Of a DNA stretch of 64,000 nt, positions 22,718 through 31,253 are shown piece by piece. The stretch comes from an uncultured Sinobacteraceae bacterium (lineage in GTDB: Bacteria > Pseudomonadota > Gammaproteobacteria > Nevskiales > Nevskiaceae): the NCBI GenBank assembly GCA_903822975.1, contig CAIJRD010000001.1, forward strand, positions 72,742 through 136,741, in the 5' to 3' direction. A program made the position numbers and the translations under genes. The stretch's first letter is position 1. Each line of letters begins with the position of its first letter. Below the pieces are notes generated by a model. The model saw only the letters and a list, made by a program, of their open reading frames with translations. It was not told where the DNA came from and made no database searches.

Positions 22718-23704
22718 TTGCTGGAGTCAGCCGTGGTCGCAGCGCTCAAATATTGTCCGCAATGCGCCAAACCCCTGGTCGAAGCAGACCACGGCGGGAT
22801 CTTGCGACTCGGTTGCGCCGACAAACAGTGCGGCTACGTGCATTGGGATAATCCCGTGCCGGTGGTGGCCGCAATCGTCGAGCATCGGGGCCAGGTCATT
22901 CTTGCGCGCAATGCGATGTGGCCGCCGGGAATGTTCGCCTTGATCACCGGCTTCCTGGAAAAAGATGACCCGAATCCCGAAAGCGGCGTGCTGCGCGAGG
23001 TCGAAGAAGAACTCGGACTGAAAGGACGCGTGGCGAGCTTTGTCGGCCACTATCCGTTCGAGCGCATGAACCAACTGATCATCGCGTATCACGTCATCGC
23101 CGAAGGCGAGGTCTCGCTCGGTGAAGAGCTGGCCGAATACAAGCATGTCCCATTCGAGCAGATCCGACCCTGGCCTGCCGGAACCGGCTACGCGGTGCGG
23201 GACTGGTTGCTGGGACAGGGCATCACCCCCTTGCCGTTCGATCGGCGCTTTCTCGCGCGAATCCGTAATTTCCGGGCATTGAGCGAGCGGCTGCTGACGG
23301 CCGGCCAGCCCACTGCGGAGGAATTCGCCTCGCTTGCGGCCTGTGGTGTTGAGACAGTCATCAATCTCGCGCTGCCCGATTCGGACCATGCGCTTGCCGA
23401 CGAACGCAGCGTCGTCGAGAGGCTTGGACTGCGCTACGTCGCAATTCCGGTGATCTGGCAACAGCCGGAGCCCGAGCAGTTCGTCGAGTTCTCAAAAGCC
23501 ATGGTTCGCGAACGCACAGAGGAACGAACTGTGTTCGTGCACTGTGCTGCGAACAAACGGGTGGCTTGTTTCGTGATGCTTGATCGGATCCTCAATCAGG
23601 GGGTTCCTCGTGAGGTCGCCGAACGAGATTTGCGAGCCATCTGGCAGCCGGATGAAATATGGAGCGCGTTTATCGAAGCGCAGCTCGCTGTGGGCTGTAA
23701 ATAG
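22718..23704 (+). CDS. NudC-like zinc-ribbon NUDIX hydrolase fused to a CX5R (DUF442-like) phosphatase domain
   Basis: CPQC...CADKQC ribbon, Nudix-like GFLEKDDPNPESGVLREVEEELGL, then TAGQPT, VINLA, IPV.W, VHCAANKRV. One uninterrupted ORF; start uncertain. Confidence 0.8.
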   Translation: MLESAVVAALKYCPQCAKPLVEADHGGILRLGCADKQCGYVHWDNPVPVVAAIVEHRGQVILARNAMWPPGMFALITGFLEKDDPNPESGVLREVEEELGLKGRVASFVGHYPFERMNQLIIAYHVIAEGEVSLGEELAEYKHVPFEQIRPWPAGTGYAVRDWLLGQGITPLPFDRRFLARIRNFRALSERLLTAGQPTAEEFASLAACGVETVINLALPDSDHALADERSVVERLGLRYVAIPVIWQQPEPEQFVEFSKAMVRERTEERTVFVHCAANKRVACFVMLDRILNQGVPREVAERDLRAIWQPDEIWSAFIEAQLAVGCK

Positions 23705-23873
23705 TGGCCTACGACCTTCCGACTAGTACGAATTGACCAGTACTTATCTCAATGATTCTTACTGCATTGCACGAAGATTGCGGATAATTGCAAAACAAGA
23801 GGTGACGCAAGCGAATTGGCGTCAATAGTAACAATCGTTAGGGACCAACAGGCCGCATGGCCGGAGACTCGGG

Positions 23874-25079
23874 ATGAAGCAATCAAACTTGAAGCGCGTG
23901 AAGATCGCTTTGGCGCTCGGCGCCTGTGCGGTGCCAATGCTGGCGTCGGCCGGCGAAGGCCTTTATCTGGGTCTCGAAGGCGGTGCAAATTTCGGCCTGC
24001 CCCAGAAGTACAACATTTACGGCTACAACGGATTATTCAATGTTCCGGACGGAACCTACGTCTCCACCACGACCTTGAAGACCGGTTGGATCGGCGGCCT
24101 TGTCGGCGGCTACAGCTTCGCCAACGGCCTGCGGCCCGAGCTTGAGATCGACTACCGTCGCAACGATTACAAGCATCAGCAGCTGCGTAACGGCACCGAT
24201 GCCAGCAATGTCGGCGGCTTCGTCAACACCGATACCGCGATGGGAAATATCTGGTTCGACTTCTTCAAATCGAGCTGGATTCACCCCTACATCGGCGGCG
24301 GTATCGGCGCTGCGCGCATCGCGATTCGTCATCCGACGTTCAACAACAACAATCTTCGCAGCTGGTTCGATACCGCGTTCGCCTACCAGGGCGGCGCAGG
24401 TGTGAATGTCGATCTCAGCCGCCACATTTCGCTGTCGCTGGACTATCGCTACATCCAGACCGAAAAGGGCGAATTCAACCTGCTGAACGATCAGCCGAAC
24501 ACGATGATCAAAACCAATTATCGCGCGCACTCGGCGATGCTTGGTCTGAAGTACTCCTTCGGTGGCGAAGACGCACCGCCGGTCGCGCCGCCGGAGCCGC
24601 CGGTTGCCGTGGTTCCTGCCGAAGAGCCTGCTCCGGTTCCGGAACCGGTTGCACCGCCATGCAAGTCGCCGACACCCGGCCAACCGGTGACCCTTGAGGG
24701 CTGCAAGGCGGGCGACATCCTGGTGCTGCGCGGCGTCAACTTCGACTTCAACAAGGCTTCGCTGACGGTCAACGCAAAGACCCTGCTGGATGGTGTTGCC
24801 GAAGCATTGACGACGCGCGCGGACATCAAGGTTGAAATCGACGGTCATACCGACTCGAAGGGATCTGACGCGTACAACCAGAAGCTGTCGCAGCGCCGTG
24901 CCGATTCGGTGAAGAAGTACTTGCTCCAGCGCGGCATTGCGGGCGAGCGCATGACGACCCGCGGCTTTGGCGAGACCAAGCCGATCGCCGACAACGACAG
25001 CGACGAAGGTCGCGAAATGAATCGTCGCGTCGAACTGCAGGTGACCGAAAGCGGCGAGGTCGTGCCGGTCGCGCAGTAA
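23874..25079 (+). CDS. OmpA/OprF-like outer membrane protein (beta-barrel, Pro-rich linker, OmpA-like peptidoglycan-binding domain)
   Basis: Signal peptide, barrel strands, PAPVPEP linker with a Cys pair, FDFNKA, GHTDSKGS, LSQRRA, NRRVE. Confidence 0.9.
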   Translation: MKQSNLKRVKIALALGACAVPMLASAGEGLYLGLEGGANFGLPQKYNIYGYNGLFNVPDGTYVSTTTLKTGWIGGLVGGYSFANGLRPELEIDYRRNDYKHQQLRNGTDASNVGGFVNTDTAMGNIWFDFFKSSWIHPYIGGGIGAARIAIRHPTFNNNNLRSWFDTAFAYQGGAGVNVDLSRHISLSLDYRYIQTEKGEFNLLNDQPNTMIKTNYRAHSAMLGLKYSFGGEDAPPVAPPEPPVAVVPAEEPAPVPEPVAPPCKSPTPGQPVTLEGCKAGDILVLRGVNFDFNKASLTVNAKTLLDGVAEALTTRADIKVEIDGHTDSKGSDAYNQKLSQRRADSVKKYLLQRGIAGERMTTRGFGETKPIADNDSDEGREMNRRVELQVTESGEVVPVAQ

Positions 25080-25102
25080 CACACAGGTAAGGCAACACAA
25101 GA

Positions 25103-25133
25103 GCCCCGACCGCCAGCGCGGCCGGGGTTTTTT
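25103..25133 (+). terminator. Intrinsic terminator after the OmpA gene
   Basis: gccccgaccgc-cagc-gcggccggggt hairpin followed by a T run. Confidence 0.75.
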
Positions 25134-25197
25134 GCGAATGGCGCTGCTGCGGTCGAAAACACTCGACGCACCCGCGCCAGATACGTAGACTAAAACC

Positions 25198-25326
25198 GTT
25201 CATTGGGGAGTAGCCGCTCGCTGCGCAAATTCGCAGCGAGGCCTGCGTCAACACACTTGGTCGACACGGCCATGGCGCAGGCAACCGTCCGAGCTTTTTG
25301 GGACGGAACTGGCGAGACCTTTGACG
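25198..25326 (+). ncRNA. yybP-ykoY (Mn2+) riboswitch
   Basis: GGGGAGTAGC...CGTCAACACACTTGG...CCATGGCGCAGG...GGCGAGACC landmarks directly upstream of a UPF0016 gene. Boundaries approximate. Confidence 0.85.
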
Positions 25327-25404
25327 CGAAGGCCTGTCCTGGGTTGGACGCAAGGCGTTCGTGTCATTGGCTCGCAAACGTCCGACCCCTGGAAACCTCT
25401 ACCG

Positions 25405-25974
25405 ATGCAAGCACTCGCAATTTCCACCGCCGCCGTTGCGCTCGGCGAACTCGGCGACAAAACGCAGTTGCTGTCGCTGTTGTTGGCAGCCCGTCTGCGA
25501 CAGCCGCGCCCGATCATCGCCGGCATCTTCGTCGCCACACTCGCCAATCATCTGCTCGCCTGCCTGGTTGGTACATTCGCAGGTCAGTGGCTCAGCCCCG
25601 AGATTCTGCGCTGGGCCCTGGGCGTGTCGTTTCTCGCCGTCGCAATCTGGGTATTGGTGCCCGACAAGCTCGACGACGGCGAGGTACAGACGCGCAGCGC
25701 CTACGGCGTGTTCGCGCTGACGGTCGTGACGTTTTTTATCGCCGAAATGGGCGATAAAACACAGCTCGTCGCGGTTGCACTGGCCGCGCGTTACGAAGCG
25801 TTCTGGAGCGTGGTTGCGGGCACGACGCTGGGCATGATGCTGGTCAACGTGCCGACGGTGCTATTCGCCGAGCGTGCATTGCGCTGGATCCCGCTCAAAG
25901 CGGTTCGGATCCTCGCAGCGCTGATTTACGCAGGCCTCGGTGTGGCGACCTTGCTCGGTTATTCCAAGCTGTGA
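25405..25974 (+). CDS. TMEM165/GDT1 (UPF0016) Mn2+/Ca2+ transporter
   Basis: Two E-x-G-D-K-T motifs (ELGDKTQ, EMGDKTQ) and about six TMs; riboswitch upstream. Confidence 0.92.
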   Translation: MQALAISTAAVALGELGDKTQLLSLLLAARLRQPRPIIAGIFVATLANHLLACLVGTFAGQWLSPEILRWALGVSFLAVAIWVLVPDKLDDGEVQTRSAYGVFALTVVTFFIAEMGDKTQLVAVALAARYEAFWSVVAGTTLGMMLVNVPTVLFAERALRWIPLKAVRILAALIYAGLGVATLLGYSKL

Positions 25975-26234
25975 TGCGGTTGCGGTGGTGAGTGAAATGC
26001 GGCGGACGGTTGCGCCAATGCAGGCGCGCGCGCGTTGCGGTAGCCTAACTGCCAGCGTCGCCGCCGCATCGGGCGCGCCCTTAAACCAAGGCATGAACAT
26101 CCGCAGAGCGCCGGTGTCTCTTGCCCAGGAACTCGCATCTGGTTTGTCGCAGCGGCGTGTAACTTCACGCCGCTGCAAGGCCTCGAAAGTCGCGGCCGAT
26201 CACACCGCATGCCCCGACAGCGGGAGCTGTAAGC

Positions 26235-28919
26235 ATGAATATGGAAGAACCGAGACCGGGCGACGCTTCGCGCGACACCGATCCGCAGGAGACGCGCGAG
26301 TGGCTCGATGCACTCGCTGCCGTGCTGGAACACGAAGGCCCCGAACGTGCGCACTTTCTGCTCGAAGCGCTGCAGGAGAAAGCGCGGCTGACCGGCGCCT
26401 ATATTCCATTCACGGCGAACACCGCCTACATCAACACGATTCCGCCACACAAGGAAGAACGCTCCTCCGGCGATCACGCGCTCGAATGGAAGCTTCGATC
26501 GATCATGCGTTGGAACGCAATGGCGATGGTCGTCAACGCCAACCGCGAGCATTCCGGCATTGGCGGACATATCGCCAGCTTTGCCTCCGCGGCGACGCTC
26601 TACGACGTCGGCTTCAATCATTTCTGGAAGGGCCCGCAGCATCCGGACGGCCCCGACATGCTGTTCGTGCAGGGTCATTGCACGCCCGGCATCTACGCGC
26701 GCGCCTACCTTGAAGGTCGCATCGACGAGCAGCAGCTACGCAACTTCCGCATCGAAAGCGATCGCGGCAAGGGCTTGAGCTCGTACCCGCATCCCTGGCT
26801 GATGCCGGACTTCTGGCAGTTCGCCACCGTCAGCATGGGTCTCGGGCCGATCATGGCGATCTACCAGGCGCGGCTGATGAAGTACCTGCAGCACCGCGGC
26901 TTGGCGAAGACCGAAGGTCGCAAGGTCTGGTGCTTCTGCGGCGACGGCGAGATGGACGAACCCGAATCGCTCGGCGCGATCGACATCGCCGCGCGCGAAC
27001 AACTCGACAATCTCGTGTTCGTGGTCAACTGCAACTTGCAGCGACTCGACGGGCCGGTGCGCGGCAACGGCAAAATCATTCAGGAACTCGAAGGCGTGTT
27101 CCGCGGTGGTGGCTGGAATGTCATCAAGGTGATCTGGGGCGGCGGCTGGGATGCGCTGCTCGCACAGGATAAATCCGGTCTGTTGATCAAAGCCTTCAAC
27201 GACACCGTCGACGGCGAATACCAGAACTACAAGGCCAAGGGCGGCGCCTACACGCGCGAGCATTTCTTCAAAAAGTATCCGGAGCTGGAACAGCTCGCGG
27301 CGACCATGACCGACGACGACATCGCGCGTCTCAATCGCGGTGGCCACGACCCGCACAAGGTTTACGCCGCCTACGCCGCGGCGAGCAAGCACAGCGGAAC
27401 CCCGACGGTGATCCTCGCGAAAACCGTCAAGGGTTACGGCATGGGCGAGGCCGGCGAAGGCCAGAACATCACCCATTCGGCGAAAAAGATGGGCGAAAAC
27501 GCGCTGAAGGCGTTTCGCGATCGCTTTCAGATTCCGGTATCCGACGAGCAGATCAAGGACACGCCGTTCTACAAGCCGGCCGAGGATTCGCCAGAGATCA
27601 AATACCTGAAAGCGCGGCGCGAGGAACTGGGCGGTTCGCTGCCATTCCGAAATCAGAAGGGCGACACGCTTGAGATTCCGCCGCTGTCGATCTTCGATCG
27701 ACTGCTGCAATCGACCGGCGAGCGCGAAATCAGCACGACGATGGCTTTCGTGCAGCTGCTACAACTTCTGTTGCGCGACAAGAAAGTCGGGCCGCGCGTG
27801 GTGCCGATCATTCCGGACGAAGCGCGCACCTTCGGCATGGAAGGCATGTTCCGACAGCTCGGTATTTATTCGGTGGTCGGTCAGAAATACAACCCGGAAG
27901 ACGCCGACCAGCTGGCGTTCTACAAAGAAGATGTCAAAGGACAGATTCTCGAAGAGGGCATTACCGAAGCCGGTTCGATGTCGAGCTGGATTGCTGCGGC
28001 AACCAGCTATTCGAATCACGGCGTCAGCCTGATCCCGTTCTACATTTTCTATTCGATGTTCGGTTTCCAGCGCGTCGCCGACCTCGCCTGGGCGGCCGGC
28101 GACATGCGTGCGCGCGGCTTCCTGCTCGGTGGCACCGCCGGACGCACCACGCTCAACGGCGAAGGCCTGCAGCACGAAGACGGCCACAGCCATATCTACA
28201 GCGCCACGATTCCGAACTGCCGCAGCTACGATCCCGCATATGCCTACGAGGTCGCGGTACTGCTGCATCAGGGCATGCGCGAGATGTACGTCGAGCAGCA
28301 GGATCACTACTACTACCTGACGCTGCAAAACGAAAACTACGCGCACCCGGCGATGCCGCCCGGCGTCGAAAGCGGCATCGTCAAAGGCCTGTATCTGCTG
28401 AAGCCTTGCGACAAGCCGAACGAATGGCACGTGCAGTTGCTCGGTTCCGGATCGATCCTGCGCGAAGTGCTCGCCGCCGCAGAACTGTTGCAGCAGGATT
28501 GGAACGTCACTGCCGACGTCTGGAGCGCGCCGAGCTTCACCGAACTTGCGCGCGACGGCCAGGATGTCGAGCGCCACAACCTGCTGCACCCGGAAGCACC
28601 CCCGCGCCAGAGCTACGTGCAGGAATGTCTGGGCGGAATGGCGGGACCGGCGATCGCCGCGACCGACTACATCAAGGCCTATGCCGAACAGATTCGGCCA
28701 TTCGTACCGATGAGCTACCACGTACTCGGCACCGATGGCTTCGGCCGCTCCGACACGCGTGAAAATCTGCGCGATTTCTTCGAAGTCGACCGACGCTGGA
28801 TCGCAATCAAGGCGCTCAGTGCGCTGGCGCAGGGCAAGCAGTTGAAATCCGACATCGTCGCGCAGGCGATGAAGAAATACGGCATCCACGTCGGCAAGCC
28901 GAATCCGGCGAAGGAATAA
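26235..28919 (+). CDS. aceE: Pyruvate dehydrogenase E1 (homodimeric)
   Basis: DPQETREW, GGHIASFAS, GDGEMDEPES, PDEARTFGMEG, TTLNGEGLQHED. Confidence 0.98.
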   Translation: MNMEEPRPGDASRDTDPQETREWLDALAAVLEHEGPERAHFLLEALQEKARLTGAYIPFTANTAYINTIPPHKEERSSGDHALEWKLRSIMRWNAMAMVVNANREHSGIGGHIASFASAATLYDVGFNHFWKGPQHPDGPDMLFVQGHCTPGIYARAYLEGRIDEQQLRNFRIESDRGKGLSSYPHPWLMPDFWQFATVSMGLGPIMAIYQARLMKYLQHRGLAKTEGRKVWCFCGDGEMDEPESLGAIDIAAREQLDNLVFVVNCNLQRLDGPVRGNGKIIQELEGVFRGGGWNVIKVIWGGGWDALLAQDKSGLLIKAFNDTVDGEYQNYKAKGGAYTREHFFKKYPELEQLAATMTDDDIARLNRGGHDPHKVYAAYAAASKHSGTPTVILAKTVKGYGMGEAGEGQNITHSAKKMGENALKAFRDRFQIPVSDEQIKDTPFYKPAEDSPEIKYLKARREELGGSLPFRNQKGDTLEIPPLSIFDRLLQSTGEREISTTMAFVQLLQLLLRDKKVGPRVVPIIPDEARTFGMEGMFRQLGIYSVVGQKYNPEDADQLAFYKEDVKGQILEEGITEAGSMSSWIAAATSYSNHGVSLIPFYIFYSMFGFQRVADLAWAAGDMRARGFLLGGTAGRTTLNGEGLQHEDGHSHIYSATIPNCRSYDPAYAYEVAVLLHQGMREMYVEQQDHYYYLTLQNENYAHPAMPPGVESGIVKGLYLLKPCDKPNEWHVQLLGSGSILREVLAAAELLQQDWNVTADVWSAPSFTELARDGQDVERHNLLHPEAPPRQSYVQECLGGMAGPAIAATDYIKAYAEQIRPFVPMSYHVLGTDGFGRSDTRENLRDFFEVDRRWIAIKALSALAQGKQLKSDIVAQAMKKYGIHVGKPNPAKE

Positions 28920-28921
28920 TC

Positions 28922-30709
28922 ATGGCCAAGGAAATGGAAGTCTTGGTGCCCGATATCGGCGACTACGATTCGGTGCCGGTGATCGACGTGCTGGTGAAGG
29001 CTGGCGACAAGGTCGACAAGGAAGCGCCGCTGGTCACGCTGGAATCCGACAAGGCGACGATGGATGTGCCCGCACCGGTCGCGGGTACCGTCAAGAGCAT
29101 CAAGCTCAAGGTCGGCGACAAGGTCAAACAGGGCAGTGCGGTGCTGGTGTTGGAGACCGCAGACGCGGAAAGCGCCGAGAACACCTCGGACAAATCTGCG
29201 GACAAAACCACCAAGCCCGCCGCCGCAGACTCGTCGGCCCAACCGAAATCCAAGGCACCGCAGCCGGCGCAGGAGAAAGCCGCCGCCTCGACCGAGGCTA
29301 AGGCGGGAAGCAGCGCCGACAGCAAAACATCCTCCGCTACACAAACCGCAGCACGCGCGGCGCCGGAAAAAAAGGCGTCGCCCGGCGCCGGCACACAGGC
29401 CGTCAGTGTTCCGGATATCGGCGACTATCACGACGTACCGGTGATCGAAGTGCTGGTAAGGGAGGGCGATGTCGTCGCCAAGGACGACACGCTGGTCACG
29501 CTCGAATCGGACAAGGCCACGCTCGATGTGCCAGCGCCGGTGGCCGGCACCGTGCGCGCGCTGAAACTGAAGACCGGCGACAAGGTTTCCAAGGGCAGCC
29601 CGATCTGCACGCTGGAAGTCGAAGCCTCGGCGCCCGCCGGTGCGGAAGGCTCCGATGACGAGCCAGCCGCAGCGCCGAAGCAAGCAACCGCCGAGCGCGC
29701 GGAACGCGTCGCCGAAACCGCGGAGCCGGCAGCCGGCAATCTCGGCCAAGCACCGTTGCCACCGCCGATGTCGCGGCTGCCGACTACCGATGCCGAGGCG
29801 AGCCCTGGCGCAATTCCGCACGCGAGTCCGTCGATCCGCAAGTTCGCGCGCGAACTCGGCGTGGAGCTGTCGCGGCTCAAAGGCAGCGCACCGCACGGAC
29901 GCATCACCCGCGAGGACGTGCAGGACTTCGTCAAGCAATCCTTGCAGACACCGGCGGCTGGTTCAGCGTCGGCGTCGGGCGGCGGTATACCGAAAATTCC
30001 GACGGTCGATTTTGCACAGTTCGGACCCATCGAGACCAAGCCGCTGGCGCGCATCCGCAAACTATCGGCGGCGCACGTGCATCGTTCCTGGCTGAACATT
30101 CCTCACGTCACCCAGAACGACGAGGCCGACATCACCGAACTCGAAGCCTTCCGCAAATCGCAGAGCGAGGAGACCGGCATCAAGCTGACGCTGCTGCCGT
30201 TCATCATGAAGGCGGTGGCCAAGGCCTTGAGCGCCTATCCGGAATTCAATGCCTCGCTATCCGGCGACGGCGAGAGTCTGGTGATGAAGCAGTACGTGCA
30301 TATCGGCTTCGCAGCCGACACGCCGAACGGTCTGGTGGTGCCGGTGGTGCGCAATGTCGACCAGAAAGGAATCGTCGCGCTCGCGCAGGAAACTGCGGAT
30401 CTGGCGAAGAAGGCGCGCGACGGCAAGCTCAAGGGCGACGAGATGAAAGGCGGTTGCTTCTCGATCTCGAGCCTCGGCGGAATCGGTGGCAGCCATTTCA
30501 CGCCGATCGTCAACGCGCCGGAAGTCGGCATCCTTGGCGTGTCGCGCTCGACCATCAAGCCGGTCTGGGACGGCAAGGCGTTTCAACCGCGCCTGATGGT
30601 GCCGCTGTCGCTGTCCTACGATCACCGGGTCATCGATGGCGCTTACGCTGCGCGATTCATCGTGCAACTGGTCAAGCTGCTGTCGGACCTGCGCAAGCTG
30701 TCGCTCTGA
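28922..30709 (+). CDS. aceF: Dihydrolipoamide acetyltransferase E2, two lipoyl domains
   Basis: Two ESDKAT lipoyl motifs, HASPSIRK binding domain, SYDHRVIDG. Confidence 0.97.
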   Translation: MAKEMEVLVPDIGDYDSVPVIDVLVKAGDKVDKEAPLVTLESDKATMDVPAPVAGTVKSIKLKVGDKVKQGSAVLVLETADAESAENTSDKSADKTTKPAAADSSAQPKSKAPQPAQEKAAASTEAKAGSSADSKTSSATQTAARAAPEKKASPGAGTQAVSVPDIGDYHDVPVIEVLVREGDVVAKDDTLVTLESDKATLDVPAPVAGTVRALKLKTGDKVSKGSPICTLEVEASAPAGAEGSDDEPAAAPKQATAERAERVAETAEPAAGNLGQAPLPPPMSRLPTTDAEASPGAIPHASPSIRKFARELGVELSRLKGSAPHGRITREDVQDFVKQSLQTPAAGSASASGGGIPKIPTVDFAQFGPIETKPLARIRKLSAAHVHRSWLNIPHVTQNDEADITELEAFRKSQSEETGIKLTLLPFIMKAVAKALSAYPEFNASLSGDGESLVMKQYVHIGFAADTPNGLVVPVVRNVDQKGIVALAQETADLAKKARDGKLKGDEMKGGCFSISSLGGIGGSHFTPIVNAPEVGILGVSRSTIKPVWDGKAFQPRLMVPLSLSYDHRVIDGAYAARFIVQLVKLLSDLRKLSL

Positions 30710-30829
30710 TACCGGCATCGGCAACCAACCCGGTGTCGCCGCGCGACTGGCGAGTGCGGTGCTGCAGGCAGCACAATGGCAGGTGCGCGCCTACGGCTGC
30801 GCGTCCGTCGAATCGAACCTAGTCTGAAT

Positions 30830-31246
30830 ATGGCCACCAAGAAAACGCCCAGCAAAGCTGCCGCCGCCGAACCCGCCGAGCCGACGCCCGTGCCTGCGGT
30901 GAAGAAGTCGCGCGCTAAAGCGAAGCCCGCAGCGGCGAACGAGGCTGCGCCACCGCTGCCGACGCCGAAGCCAGCGCCCGCACCTGCACCTGCACCTGCA
31001 CCTGCACCTGCACCTGCACCTGCAGGCAAGCGCGCAGCTGCGCCAAAACCGGTGGCACCGCCCGTGCCGCCTGAAGCGCCCGCCGCCGCGCCACGCAAAT
31101 CCACCGCCGAGATTTTGCGCGAAGCGCTCGCTGCGAAGCAGGCTGGTTCCGCCACCGGTGGACCGCGTCTGCGCCCGCAGATGGATGGCGGCAAAGTCGC
31201 GAAGGACGCCGAACGGCGCAGCGGCAAGTCCAGAAAAGTACATTGA
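30830..31246 (+). CDS. Lys/Ala/Pro-rich low-complexity protein (histone H1-like composition)
   Basis: MATKKTPSK..., PA repeat, basic tail; ATG 30830 inside ORF 30776..31246. Confidence 0.6.
   Translation: MATKKTPSKAAAAEPAEPTPVPAVKKSRAKAKPAAANEAAPPLPTPKPAPAPAPAPAPAPAPAPAGKRAAAPKPVAPPVPPEAPAAAPRKSTAEILREALAAKQAGSATGGPRLRPQMDGGKVAKDAERRSGKSRKVH
30980..31024 (+). repeat. Hexanucleotide tandem repeat (GCACCT)x7.5 encoding Ala-Pro
   Basis: Perfect repeat read directly from the sequence. Confidence 0.95.
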
Positions 31247-31253
31247 GCCGCGC

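Noticed and set aside
30710-30830. lpdA missing after aceEF
   Set aside because: aceEF without an adjacent E3 gene is common (for example Pseudomonas); not informative.
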